Below are positions 48,451 to 58,386 of a stretch of DNA of 64,000 nucleotides, one piece after another. Source of the DNA: a bacterium (GTDB lineage: Bacteria; Patescibacteriota; Patescibacteriia; Patescibacteriales; UBA12465); NCBI GenBank assembly GCA_035414245.1, contig DAONYH010000003.1, positions 17,630 to 81,629 on the forward strand, written 5' to 3'. The translations under genes and the position numbers were made by a program. The notes beneath the pieces were generated by a model. The model saw only the letters and a list, made by a program, of their open reading frames with translations, made no database searches and was not told the origin of the DNA. How positions within the stretch are numbered: the first letter of the stretch is position 1; each line of letters opens with the position of its first letter.

Positions 48451-48511
48451 GCCTGACCGGTAAATAGATAGTGCTGTAATAATTTACAGTCCTGTAATTT
48501 AGCGGCCAGGC
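48451..48511 (+). promoter_or_regulatory. Structured leader hairpin upstream of pnp (candidate RNase processing / autoregulatory element)
   Basis: GCCTGACCGgtaaatagatagtgCTGTAAtaatTTACAGtcctgtaatttagCGGCCAGGC: an outer roughly 9-bp stem (one A/C mismatch) enclosing a perfect inner 6-bp stem-loop. It lies 13 nt before the pnp ATG. Confidence 0.4.
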
Positions 48512-48523
48512 ACTAACAAACTT

Positions 48524-50794
48524 ATGGAAAAAATATTTAAAGCGGAGTGGCTTGGTCGCCCTCTCATTATCAAAACCGGAAAGGTTGCCAAACAAGCCGA
48601 TGCGGCGGTTTGGGTTCAATACGGTGAAACAGTTGTGCAAGCAACGGTTGTTCAAGCTAAAACTGAAAGAGAAGGAATTGATTTCTTTCCCCTAATGGTT
48701 GAGTTTGAGGAAAAACTTTACGCAGCAGGTATTATTAAAGGTTCGCGCTGGGTAAAACGCGAAGGTCGTCCAACTGATCAATCAATTTTAACTGGACGCA
48801 TGATTGATCGTTCAATCAGACCTTTATTTGGCAAAGAAGATAATCGTGACGTTCAAGTTATTATTACGGTGTTAGCGCTTGATCAAGAAAATGATTATGA
48901 CATTGTTTCTTTGTTGGCTGCTTCAGCTGCCCTATCAATTGCCGGTCTTGATTGGCAAGGACCGATTGGCGGAATTAGAGTTGGTTTGATTGAAGATAAA
49001 TTTATCTTTAATCCAACTTATGAAGAACAAACTAAAAGCGCGCTTGATTTAATTGTGGCGGGAACAGAAAAAAAAGTGATTATGATTGAAGCAGGAGCTA
49101 ATGAAGTTCAAGAAGATATAATGTTGCAAGCGATTATGGCTGGTCAAAAAGAAATGCAAGGAGCAATTAATTTAATCAAAGAATTACAAGCTGGAGTTGA
49201 AATTAAAAAAACTCCTCGTTTAGTAGCGGAAAAAACCGCTACTGAACTGGAAGCTGACCAAGAAAAAGAAAATCTCTTAAACTTAGGGAAGGCTTGGTTG
49301 GAAAAAAATATCAAAAATATTTTATTTGATAAAATTTACTATACAAAAGGCGAACGCAAAGCCGCTGTTTCCGCTATTAAAGAAGGTTTAGATGCTCATT
49401 TAAGTCAAGAAGGTTTGAGTACGGAAAAGCGTAATTTTATCATTAATAAATTAGTTGAAAAAATGGTAGAAGCAGAAGTAACACGTGCTATCATTGAAGA
49501 AAAAAAACGTGTTGATGGTCGTGCTCTAGATGAAATTAGAAATCTAAGCGCGGAAGTAGCAATTTTGCCTCGCGATCATGGTACTTCTCTTTTTTCACGC
49601 GGCGAAACTCAGGTGATGTCGATAGTCACTTTAGGCGCTCCCGGTTTAGAACAGTCTTTAGAAGGAATTGAAGGACAAAGCAAAAAAAGATTCATGCATC
49701 ATTATAATTTTCCTCCTTACTGTGTTGGTGAGGCCTCTCCTCTACGTGGGACAGGTCGTCGTGAAATCGGTCATGGTGCTTTAGCGGAAAAAGCTTTACT
49801 CCCAGTTATTCCAAACAAAGAAGAGTTTGCTTACGCAATCCGAGTAGTTAGTGAAACCATGGGTTCTAATGGTTCTTCATCCATGGCTTCCACTTGCGCC
49901 ACTACTTTAGCTTTAATGGATGCTGGCGTGCCAATCAAAAAACCGGTAGCGGGGATTGCCATGGGTCTTGCCTCCAATGCTGACATGAGTCGCTATGAAG
50001 TTTTAACTGATATTCAAGACCTAGAAGATGGCGAAGGCGGAATGGACTTTAAAATTACTGGAACTGATGCTGGTCTAACCGCTATCCAACTTGATACTAA
50101 AACTAATGGTTTAACTGAAGAAATAATTGCTAAAACTTTAACTCAAGGCAGAGCGGCTCTAAATCAAATTCTTCAAGTCATCACTGCTGCCCTTCCTGCT
50201 CCCCGAGCCGAGTTATCTAAATATGCGCCCCGCATTATCAGTTTTCATGTTGATCCGGAAAAAATCGGTTCAATTATTGGACCTGGAGGAAAAGTTATTA
50301 ATAAAATAATTGATGAGACCGGTGTTAGTATTGATATTGAAGATGATGGTTTAGTAATCATTTGTGGCGCTAACGTGGAAATGGTTGAAGAGGCTGTTCG
50401 CCAAGTGAAAGATATTGTTCATGTCTTTACGGTTGATGAAGTAATAAAAGGCAAGGTGGTAAGACTTTTGGACTTCGGCGCCTTTGTTGCTTTAAATGCT
50501 AATCAAGATGGTATGATTCATGTTAGTGAATTAGCTCCCTATCGCATTGATAAACCAGGCGACTTCCTTAGCATAGGTGATGAAGTAACAGTTAGAATTA
50601 AGGAAATTGATGAACAAGGTAGAATTAACTTAACCATGAAAAATTTAGCAGAAAACGCTCATCTTTACAAAGATGAAAGAGGTAAATCAAGCGGTCAAGC
50701 TAATTCGGGTGGTTTTGGTCGTTCTAGTCGATTTAATAATAATCGCTTGGGTGGTTCTCGCGGTGGCTTTAGAAGACAAATTAATAATAAATAA
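48524..50794 (+). CDS. pnp: Polyribonucleotide nucleotidyltransferase (PNPase)
   Basis: 756 aa. Two RNase PH domains, KH (IGPGGKVINKIIDETG), S1 (KGKVVRLLDFGAFVAL), and an RGG-like C-terminus. Confidence 0.9.
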   Translation: MEKIFKAEWLGRPLIIKTGKVAKQADAAVWVQYGETVVQATVVQAKTEREGIDFFPLMVEFEEKLYAAGIIKGSRWVKREGRPTDQSILTGRMIDRSIRPLFGKEDNRDVQVIITVLALDQENDYDIVSLLAASAALSIAGLDWQGPIGGIRVGLIEDKFIFNPTYEEQTKSALDLIVAGTEKKVIMIEAGANEVQEDIMLQAIMAGQKEMQGAINLIKELQAGVEIKKTPRLVAEKTATELEADQEKENLLNLGKAWLEKNIKNILFDKIYYTKGERKAAVSAIKEGLDAHLSQEGLSTEKRNFIINKLVEKMVEAEVTRAIIEEKKRVDGRALDEIRNLSAEVAILPRDHGTSLFSRGETQVMSIVTLGAPGLEQSLEGIEGQSKKRFMHHYNFPPYCVGEASPLRGTGRREIGHGALAEKALLPVIPNKEEFAYAIRVVSETMGSNGSSSMASTCATTLALMDAGVPIKKPVAGIAMGLASNADMSRYEVLTDIQDLEDGEGGMDFKITGTDAGLTAIQLDTKTNGLTEEIIAKTLTQGRAALNQILQVITAALPAPRAELSKYAPRIISFHVDPEKIGSIIGPGGKVINKIIDETGVSIDIEDDGLVIICGANVEMVEEAVRQVKDIVHVFTVDEVIKGKVVRLLDFGAFVALNANQDGMIHVSELAPYRIDKPGDFLSIGDEVTVRIKEIDEQGRINLTMKNLAENAHLYKDERGKSSGQANSGGFGRSSRFNNNRLGGSRGGFRRQINNK

Positions 50795-50870
50795 TAGAGA
50801 AAGGCTAAATCTTGACTTTTACTCAATATTTAGCTATTATTTCTCAATATAAATTAATTCAGAAAATACT

Positions 50871-51335
50871 ATGTTAGTGATTAAATTATCAAAAGTAGGA
50901 AAAACAAACAAAAAAATGTTTCGCCTAATTGTTTCCGAAAAAAGCCGTGATCCTTATGGTCATGTTTTGGAAATCTTAGGTTCTTATAATCCCTATTCTA
51001 AGGAATTACAGGTTAAAGAAGAACGTGTTAATTATTGGCTAGGAAAAGGCGCGCAGATGACCGCCACAGTTAATAATCTTTTGGTTGGGAAAAAAGTAGT
51101 AGCTGGTGAAAAAGTGGTCGCCTCTAAAGCTAAACCAAAAAGTGAAAAACGTTTAGCGCAACTAAAAGTTAAAGCTGATAAGAAAGAAGCTACTGCTCCA
51201 GAACCAGCTCCTGCTGAAGAGGCGAGACCTGCTGAAGAGGCGAAACCTGTTGAAGAGGTAAAGTCCAGTGAACCTGAAATTAAAGCTGAAGAGACAACCG
51301 CTCCGGCCGAAAATAATGAAACAAGTGCTAACTAA
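50871..51335 (+). CDS. rpsP: 30S ribosomal protein S16 with an acidic Ala/Glu/Pro repeat C-terminal extension
   Basis: 154 aa. MLVIKLSKVGKTNKKMFRLIVSEKSRDPYGHVLEILGSYNP is the S16 core. The tail is APEPAPAEEARPAEEAKPVEEVK. Confidence 0.8.
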   Translation: MLVIKLSKVGKTNKKMFRLIVSEKSRDPYGHVLEILGSYNPYSKELQVKEERVNYWLGKGAQMTATVNNLLVGKKVVAGEKVVASKAKPKSEKRLAQLKVKADKKEATAPEPAPAEEARPAEEAKPVEEVKSSEPEIKAEETTAPAENNETSAN

Positions 51336-51382
51336 TATTGTTTTTAGTCATTATTACAACATAACTTACCAATATTAGTAAA

Positions 51383-51410
51383 TTGACAAATTGATAAAGT
51401 ATGTTAGAAT
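51383..51410 (+). promoter_or_regulatory. Candidate sigma70-type promoter between rpsP and the KH-domain gene
   Basis: TTGACA(51383-51388), 16-nt spacer, TAGAAT(51405-51410). This was read by eye and not scored. Confidence 0.3.
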
Positions 51411-51457
51411 AATTTATAAGACTGTTAATCTACAGTTATTTAATAAATCTTTCTGTT

Positions 51458-51826
51458 TTGAACAATTTATTGATCAATAACAAAAGAGTAAGAAAAAATA
51501 TGGAAGAACAAGACAAGAAGTTTCTTGAAATTATCGTCAAGAACATCGTGGGCAATCCTAATGATGTTGCCGTGGAAAGAACGATTGATGAAAGAGGTGT
51601 ACTTTTAACCCTCAAAATCAATCCCGCTGACATGGGTTATGTCATTGGACGTAAAGGTCAAACCGCACAAGCGATTAGAACTTTACTCAAAATTGTCGGT
51701 GCGAAAAACAACTCTCGCGTCAATTTAAAAATTTATGACCCAGAGGGTGGCAATCGTCGTTCAAATGAACGCCATGATCGTCGCGATGATATTGATACTT
51801 CAGCAATTGATGATTTAAAAATCTAA
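51458..51826 (+). CDS. KH-domain RNA-binding protein (KhpA/YlqC, UPF0109). The true start is probably the internal ATG at 51500.
   Basis: FLEIIVKNIVGNPNDVAVE...GYVIGRKGQTAQAIRTLLKIVGA is the KH GxxG loop. It has the typical position after rpsP. Confidence 0.65.
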   Translation: MNNLLINNKRVRKNMEEQDKKFLEIIVKNIVGNPNDVAVERTIDERGVLLTLKINPADMGYVIGRKGQTAQAIRTLLKIVGAKNNSRVNLKIYDPEGGNRRSNERHDRRDDIDTSAIDDLKI

Positions 51827-51844
51827 AAAATTGTATAAACAAAA

Positions 51845-51871
51845 AGACCCTGTCAAAACAGGGTTTTTTTG
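51845..51871 (+). terminator. Rho-independent terminator after the KH gene
   Basis: aaaagACCCTGtcaaaaCAGGGTttttttt. Confidence 0.6.
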
Positions 51872-51893
51872 TTATACTGATTACATAAGATAA

Positions 51894-52571
51894 ATGTTTA
51901 TGAAATTTCAAATAATTAGCATCTTTCCGGAAATATTTAAGTCTTATTTAGACGAAAGTATTTTAAAAAGAGCACAAGCAAAAAAAATTATTAGTGTTAA
52001 AACTCATGATTTACGTTTTTACACTACAGACAAACACAAAACGGTTGATGATGCTCCTTATGGAGGTGGGGCGGGTATGCTCATGAAAATTGAACCGCTT
52101 TATAAAGCAATTACCGCTTTACAAAAAAAGAGCAAGACTCCAAAAAACAAAAGAAAAATAGTGCTTTTGTCGGCCAGCGGAAAAAAATGGAATCAAACAC
52201 TGGCGACTAAATATTCTAAATTAGCCGAAGTAATTTTTATTTGTGGTCGCTACGAAGGAGTTGACGCTCGTTTAAAAAATTTTATTGATGAAGAGATTTC
52301 TATTGGTGATTATGTTTTGACTGGCGGTGAATTACCCGCTTTAGTAATGATAGATTCAATCACCCGACTTTTACCCGGAGTATTGGGAAATAAAGACAGT
52401 GCTTTAGAAGAATCACATTCACAACTTGGCTTAGGAGAATACCCACAATACACGCGACCAGAAATATTTATCGCCCAAAATAAAAAATATCGTGTTCCCA
52501 AAGTTCTGCTCTCTGGTAATCATCAAAAAATTAATGAATGGCGAAAAAAGAAAACGAAAAAATTAAAATAA
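51894..52571 (+). CDS. trmD: tRNA (guanine37-N1)-methyltransferase (likely start MKFQ at 51900)
   Basis: 225 aa. FQIISIFPEIF...YGGGAGMLMKIEPL...ICGRYEGVDAR...GDYVLTGGELPALVMIDSI is the SPOUT TrmD signature. Confidence 0.85.
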   Translation: MFMKFQIISIFPEIFKSYLDESILKRAQAKKIISVKTHDLRFYTTDKHKTVDDAPYGGGAGMLMKIEPLYKAITALQKKSKTPKNKRKIVLLSASGKKWNQTLATKYSKLAEVIFICGRYEGVDARLKNFIDEEISIGDYVLTGGELPALVMIDSITRLLPGVLGNKDSALEESHSQLGLGEYPQYTRPEIFIAQNKKYRVPKVLLSGNHQKINEWRKKKTKKLK

Positions 52572-52619
52572 TTAAAAGAGGAAAGCTGACATAATTAAAA
52601 AGCAAAAAATCAACATAAC

Positions 52620-52650
52620 AAAACACCCGAAAAAATCGGGTGTTTTTAAA
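52620..52650. terminator. Bidirectional terminator between trmD and the convergent DHH gene
   Basis: aaaACACCCGAaaaaaTCGGGTGTttttaaa: a perfect 8-bp stem. Confidence 0.65.
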
Positions 52651-52666
52651 ATAATAACTTATATTT

Positions 52667-53668
52667 TTATTCTTTAGATTTAACTACCGACCAACCAGTA
52701 GCTGTTTCCTTTAAACGACCAATAATAGAAAAACCAGCTGCTCGTCGATGTCCCCCGCCATTAAATTGACGTGCCAACAAAGCTACATCAATCTCATCAG
52801 TATTAGTTCTTAAACTACCCTTCACTTTTCCCTCTTCTTCTCGTAAAAATAAAGCGACTTTAACTCCTGATAAATAACTAATAAAAGATGCAATGTCGCC
52901 AAAAATATCAGTCGCAGCCGCTCTTTCTTCAGCACTCAATAATTCTTTGAGTTCTTCATTAGTTAAGGCGGTATAAGCAAAACCGGTTTGCGGATTGAAT
53001 TTTAATTTTTCCAGAGCCCGACCCCAAACTTTGAGCGTGGACAAACTACTACTCCCTCTAACCTTACTACTTAATTTATTTAAAGAAGCGCCTTTAAGTA
53101 ACATCTTGGAAGCAATCGCCAATGCTTGGTGCGTAGCGTTAGCGTGAAGAAAATGACCAGTATCAGAAATTAAACCAATTAAAATACACTCCGCAACCGT
53201 TTTATTAATAGCTAAAGAATTAGCCACAAAAAAATCATAAATCACTTCCGTGGTAGAAGCTTTTTTCGGTAGCCTGATTTCTAAATCAGCAAATTTATCT
53301 TGAGGTTGATGATGATCAAATTCAATAATATAAGGTCGCTCTGGTAAAAGCAGTAAGTTATTAATTTCCTCAAGTAAACCCGTCCGCGCCAAAGAACCGC
53401 AATCTAAAATAATAATCAGGGAAAAATCTTCTAACTTGCCGGATATTGTTCCGGAAACTAGTTGTGAATGCGGAATGAAGTCATAAATACCAACTGGTTT
53501 ATTTTGCGCATAAGCGCTTTTTTTAATCTTTAAAGAATCTAAAAGCTCGCTCAAAGCGCCGATTGAAGCTAAAGCATCAGGGTCAGGATAATTATGCCCA
53601 ACCAGTAAAATTGATTGGGCATTTTTTATTTTTTGATAAGCTAATTGTAGTTTTTCACGCTCAGTCAT
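52667..53668 (-). CDS. DHH/DHHA1 phosphoesterase (NrnA-like oligoribonuclease / pAp phosphatase)
   Basis: 333 aa. LLVGHNYPDPDALASIGAL (DHH motif I), IILDCGS, DHHQP, and a DHHA1 GGGH motif (FNGGGHRRAAG). Confidence 0.7.
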   Translation of the reverse strand: MTEREKLQLAYQKIKNAQSILLVGHNYPDPDALASIGALSELLDSLKIKKSAYAQNKPVGIYDFIPHSQLVSGTISGKLEDFSLIIILDCGSLARTGLLEEINNLLLLPERPYIIEFDHHQPQDKFADLEIRLPKKASTTEVIYDFFVANSLAINKTVAECILIGLISDTGHFLHANATHQALAIASKMLLKGASLNKLSSKVRGSSSLSTLKVWGRALEKLKFNPQTGFAYTALTNEELKELLSAEERAAATDIFGDIASFISYLSGVKVALFLREEEGKVKGSLRTNTDEIDVALLARQFNGGGHRRAAGFSIIGRLKETATGWSVVKSKE

Positions 53669-53711
53669 AATCTTTTTCCATCTACTTATAACCTATTATC
53701 TTATGCTAAAT

Positions 53712-53742
53712 TTAAAAAAAAGTCCAGTCCGAAAGACTGAAT
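53712..53742 (-). terminator. Candidate terminator downstream of rbfA
   Basis: Minus-strand CAGTCtttcgGACTG followed by a T-run (plus strand aaaaaaaagtccagtccgaaagactg). Confidence 0.4.
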
Positions 53743-53805
53743 TTTTCCTTTATTTTATGGGGTTTTTACGGTTATTAATTAGTTAGGACTAAAACATTAT
53801 TTTAA

Positions 53806-54147
53806 TTATTTATCTTTATTTTCATTGGCCTGACGAATAATCTCTTCTAATTCGCTGGCTTCTTTTTCAGTCGCGTCAAATTCCCAAACTAATTTAGGTA
53901 GTTGACGCAAATTAGTTCTTTTTTTCAAAATCTCCACAATATTTTTAGTGCTGGCAATTAATTTTCTGAAAGCTGTTCCCGCTAATCTGTCTGGCAAAAC
54001 TGAAAAACCGACTTTAGCACGTTTTAAATCAGTTGAACAATCAACATAAGTAATAGTAATCAATGCTTCAGGCATTACTAATTCACGATTAACTGCTGAG
54101 GCTAATTCACTGAGTAACAAATCATTGATTTTATCAATCTTGGACAT
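53806..54147 (-). CDS. rbfA: Ribosome-binding factor A
   Basis: 113 aa. KH-like fold sequence (ITITYVDCSTDLKRAKVGFSVL...LRQLPKLVWEFD). It is immediately downstream of infB. Confidence 0.8.
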   Translation of the reverse strand: MSKIDKINDLLLSELASAVNRELVMPEALITITYVDCSTDLKRAKVGFSVLPDRLAGTAFRKLIASTKNIVEILKKRTNLRQLPKLVWEFDATEKEASELEEIIRQANENKDK

Positions 54148-54171
54148 GCTGGTTAATCCGATAATTTAAAT

Positions 54172-56145
54172 TTAAATTTTCTCCATTGATCGCTCTTCAA
54201 TATAAAAAGATAAAATATCACCTTCTTCAATTACTGGCTTGCCTTCAAACATCAATCCGGCCTCTGAATCTTTTTCCACTAAATCTACATCTTGTTTCCC
54301 GCTTTGCAGTTTAGTTAAGCGGCCAGTGGTTATTAAATTATCGCCACGATAAACTTCAACTAGACTATTATTTTTTATTTCTCCGTCTAAAACTTTACCA
54401 CCCACAATTTGACGGTGATTTTCCGTTCTAAAAATTGCTAATACTTTTAATCTGCCTAAATCAACACGCTTAATATCTGGTTTAACTAAAAGTTGCATCT
54501 CTTCTTTTACATATTCAATTAAATCATAGATAATAGAAAAAGTTTTGACGGTTACTTGTTTTTCGCGCAGTAAATTTTCCACCATCGGTGAAACTTTAAC
54601 ATTGAAACCTAAAATTTTTGCCTCTGAATCTTCAGCGCGCTTAATATCACCTTCGGTAATATAGCCCAAATTTTTGGCAATGACTTTTACTTTTACTTTT
54701 TCATTATTTAATTTCAAAAGTGATTCTTCAATAGCTTCGGCTGAACCCAAATAATCAGCTTTAATTATCACATTAACTTTTGGCGTTTGGTCATCAATAC
54801 TTTCCTCATTGCCAACTATTACATTTTCTTGAATGGAAGCAGATTTAATTTTTTTCACCCTCACCTTCTCTCCCTCACCCACAGTTAAAATATCACCCAC
54901 AGCCGGTGAAATCTTTAAACCAATTATTTTTGCCGGTACTGATGGACCGGCTGAATCAATATCTTCACCCTTATAGTTTTTCAAAGCTTTAACTTTTCCG
55001 TAAACAATATTATTAAAACATAACTGATCGCCAACATACAAAGTGCCATTTTGGATTAAAATAGTTGCTAAAGGACCGGCGCCTTTATCAACATTCGATT
55101 CAACCACTGTGCCGGCGGCGGCCGCTTCGGGATTAGCTTTTAAATTATTGGACTCTGTTTCCGCCACTAACAAAACCATATCCAATAATTCTTCAATGCC
55201 TGTACCTTCTTTAGCGGAAATCGGTGAACAAATTGTTTTTCCACCCCAATCCTCGGGAGTAATATTTAATTTAGTAGATAATTCTTGTTTAGTTTTATTG
55301 ATATCGGCCGTTGGTTTATCAATTTTATTGATAGCGACCAAATAAGGAATTTTAGCGGCTTCAATAATGCGAAAAGCTTCTACGGTTTGGGGCATGACAC
55401 CATCATCAGCGGCCACTACTAAAATAGCAATGTCCGCCACCTTAGCGCCTCGACTACGCATGGCGGTAAAAGCTTCGTGCCCGGGAGTATCAATAAAAGT
55501 TAACACTTGCCCTTTACGATGAACTTGATAAGCGCCAATATGTTGAGTAATTCCCCCTGCTTCACCAGCCGCCACATCGGTTTGACGAATGGAATCTAGT
55601 AATTTAGTTTTACCATGATCAACATGGCCCATAACTACAATGACCGGTGGTCGGGCAATTAAAGAATCTTCTTTTTCCAGTGCTAAAATTTCTTCTAACT
55701 TCTTATCTTCTTTTTCTGATTCCTCTAAATTACTTTCTTCAGCCAATCTAACATCTAAATTTAAATTTTCACCAATAATTATAGCTGTATCAAGGTCAAT
55801 TTTTTCATTGATTGAGGTAAAAACACCGTTTTTCATTAATTCCGCCAACACTCGATTAACCGGAATACCGGCAATCTCGGCATAAGCCCTGACTGTTAAC
55901 ACTGCCGGCACAAAAATGGTCTTTTTTTCCTTGGGTAAAACTTCATCTTGTTTCTTTATTGTTTCTGCCATTTTCTTTTGCTCCCATTCCCTTCTTAAAA
56001 CTGACCAATTTTTAATAATTTTCTTGGCCGTATTATTATCAACCTTAATCGCTTTTTGACCAATTGAAAAACCGAGTTCCGGCAATAAATCGCGTAACTC
56101 TTGAGGACTGATTCGTAAAATTCTAGCTAATTCAGTAATATTCAT
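54172..56145 (-). CDS. infB: Translation initiation factor IF-2
   Basis: 657 aa. G-domain [30 protein letters not shown], and C-terminal beta-barrel domains. Confidence 0.9.
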   Translation of the reverse strand: MNITELARILRISPQELRDLLPELGFSIGQKAIKVDNNTAKKIIKNWSVLRREWEQKKMAETIKKQDEVLPKEKKTIFVPAVLTVRAYAEIAGIPVNRVLAELMKNGVFTSINEKIDLDTAIIIGENLNLDVRLAEESNLEESEKEDKKLEEILALEKEDSLIARPPVIVVMGHVDHGKTKLLDSIRQTDVAAGEAGGITQHIGAYQVHRKGQVLTFIDTPGHEAFTAMRSRGAKVADIAILVVAADDGVMPQTVEAFRIIEAAKIPYLVAINKIDKPTADINKTKQELSTKLNITPEDWGGKTICSPISAKEGTGIEELLDMVLLVAETESNNLKANPEAAAAGTVVESNVDKGAGPLATILIQNGTLYVGDQLCFNNIVYGKVKALKNYKGEDIDSAGPSVPAKIIGLKISPAVGDILTVGEGEKVRVKKIKSASIQENVIVGNEESIDDQTPKVNVIIKADYLGSAEAIEESLLKLNNEKVKVKVIAKNLGYITEGDIKRAEDSEAKILGFNVKVSPMVENLLREKQVTVKTFSIIYDLIEYVKEEMQLLVKPDIKRVDLGRLKVLAIFRTENHRQIVGGKVLDGEIKNNSLVEVYRGDNLITTGRLTKLQSGKQDVDLVEKDSEAGLMFEGKPVIEEGDILSFYIEERSMEKI

Positions 56146-56535
56146 GAAAAAAATGTAAAATATAATTAAAAAAGACTAAAAATAGCGTCTTATTTCTTAA
56201 TATTACTTTAATTTTTCCTTTTAGTCAACTAAAATAGGCCTAAATTCAAATATTTACAAACTAAAAAACTAGTGCTAAAATAGAAATAGATATTATTATT
56301 TAATTACCTGTTTTTGGAAAATCGGGAGAAAATAGCCGTTGTTTACGGAAAAACATTATTTTTTGAAGATAAATTAATATTATGCATTATCACAGATTTT
56401 CGCTGACATTAAACAAAAAAATTAAAAAATTAACTAATCTTCTCAAAGTAACGCTTTAAAAAAGCGGTTGTTTTATATTAAAATTGAATATTTTTCTCAG
56501 ATCTCCCAACCGTTCCAAAAACGGCCAAACATTAT

Positions 56536-58059
56536 ATGCAATTTTTAAATTATGCTCTGTACCTGGTTTTGGCTATTGGCGGTTTTTTTATTGGATATTT
56601 ATTCTACAAAAAATCAGCTGATACAAAAATCAATAGCGCCAAAGAAAGAGCTGACAAAATCGTTAATGAGGCGCGCATGAAGGAAAAAGAATTACTCTTG
56701 AAAGCTCAGGATAAGGCAATCAAAGTAATTGAAGAATCAAAACGTGAAGAATCACGAAGACGTAATGAAATTCAACAAATGCAAAAACGTCTAGAGCAAA
56801 GAGAAAATTCCTTTTCCCAAAAACTCTTAGAGTTACAAGACAAACAACAAAAACTTTACGACAAAGTGACAGAAGTCCAAGAAATTAAAGAGAAAATTAA
56901 AAGTATTCAAGAAGAACAATCAGCTAAGTTGGAAGAAGTATCTAAATTGAGTCGTGAAGAAGCAAAAGAGCTGCTAATAAAAGAAGTGGAGGAAAAATCA
57001 GCTGAAGATTTAATGATTCGTATCAGAAAACTGGAGCAAGAAAGTGAAGATAAAATTGAAGAGAAGTCACGAGATTTATTGGCTTCAGCTATGCAAAGAA
57101 TGGTTTCCTCTTACACAGTTGAACTTACCACTACTACTATTGATTTACCCAATGATGAAATGAAAGGGCGTATTATTGGTCGTGAAGGACGAAATATTAA
57201 AGCGATTGAGAACATGACTGGCGTGGAAATTATTGTTGATGACACCCCTAACGCTATTACTGTATCCGGTTTTTCCTTAATTAGACGTCATATTGCGAAA
57301 AAAACTCTGGAATATTTAATAAAAGACGGGCGTATCCATCCCACTAAAATTGAAGAAGCAGTGGAAAATGCTAAAAAAGATATTGCGATTGACATTAAAA
57401 AAGCAGGTGAAGAGGCGATGTATGAAGTTGGCGTCACCGGCTTTGATCCGAAATTAATTCAAATTTTAGGACGTTTAAAATACCGCACTAGTTATGGCCA
57501 AAATGCTTTACGCCATTCAATTGAGGTCGCTCATTTATCCGCTATGTTAGCTAACCAACTTGGAGCTGATGTTACCTTAGCTAAAAAAGGCGGCTTACTT
57601 CATGACATTGGCAAAGCGGTTGATCATGAAGTTCAGGGTAACCATACTGAAATTGGCCGTGACATAGCCAAGAAATTTAACTTGCCACCGGAAATAATTG
57701 CTCCTATTGAAACTCATCATGAAGATCATCCTGCTTCTTTAATCTCGGTCATTGTTAAAGTAGCTGATGCCATCTCTTCTGCTCGTCCGGGTGCGCGCAG
57801 TGATAGCTTTGAAAACTATTTACAACGCTTAGAGGAGTTAGAAAAGATTGCTTTAAGCTTTGAAGGCATAGAAAAAGCCTATGCCATTCAAGCTGGGCGC
57901 GAAGTGCGCATCTTTGTTCACCCTGAGGAAATAAATGACCTCAAAGCACATAATTTGGCTAGAGATATTGCAAAAAAGATAGAAAATGAGTTAAAATACC
58001 CAGGGGAGATTAAAATCAATGTAATTCGGGAAATGCGAGTCACTGAATATGCCCGCTAA
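56536..58059 (+). CDS. rny: Ribonuclease Y
   Basis: 507 aa. N-terminal TM, long coiled coil, KH domain (IIGREGRNIKAIENMTGV), and HD domain (LLHDIGKAVDHE). Confidence 0.85.
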   Translation: MQFLNYALYLVLAIGGFFIGYLFYKKSADTKINSAKERADKIVNEARMKEKELLLKAQDKAIKVIEESKREESRRRNEIQQMQKRLEQRENSFSQKLLELQDKQQKLYDKVTEVQEIKEKIKSIQEEQSAKLEEVSKLSREEAKELLIKEVEEKSAEDLMIRIRKLEQESEDKIEEKSRDLLASAMQRMVSSYTVELTTTTIDLPNDEMKGRIIGREGRNIKAIENMTGVEIIVDDTPNAITVSGFSLIRRHIAKKTLEYLIKDGRIHPTKIEEAVENAKKDIAIDIKKAGEEAMYEVGVTGFDPKLIQILGRLKYRTSYGQNALRHSIEVAHLSAMLANQLGADVTLAKKGGLLHDIGKAVDHEVQGNHTEIGRDIAKKFNLPPEIIAPIETHHEDHPASLISVIVKVADAISSARPGARSDSFENYLQRLEELEKIALSFEGIEKAYAIQAGREVRIFVHPEEINDLKAHNLARDIAKKIENELKYPGEIKINVIREMRVTEYAR

Positions 58060-58098
58060 CTTGCCAATTATAATTAAACTAGCTAAAATCATAACAAT

Positions 58099-58386
58099 AT
58101 GAACAAAGCGCAACTCATCGACAAAATCTATCGTGAAGTCGAGGGCTTGAATAAAAAACAGGCCGAAAAAATGATTGATGTCTTAACCAACACCATCATT
58201 GAAGAGTTAAAAAACGATCGTGAAGTAACTATCGCTGGTTTTGGAACATTTTTATCCCGAGTTCGCTACGCGCGAGGCGGTGTAAATCCCCAAAAACCAA
58301 ACGAGAGAATTACTATTCCTGAAGTAAAGGTGGCTAAATTTAAGACTGGCTATCATTTGAAGCAGGCCTTAAAAGGTCGCCGATAA
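58099..58386 (+). CDS. hup: DNA-binding protein HU
   Basis: 95 aa. MNKAQLIDKI...GFGTF...RNPQ-like arm (ARGGVNPQKPNERITIPEVKVAKFKTG). Confidence 0.85.
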   Translation: MNKAQLIDKIYREVEGLNKKQAEKMIDVLTNTIIEELKNDREVTIAGFGTFLSRVRYARGGVNPQKPNERITIPEVKVAKFKTGYHLKQALKGRR

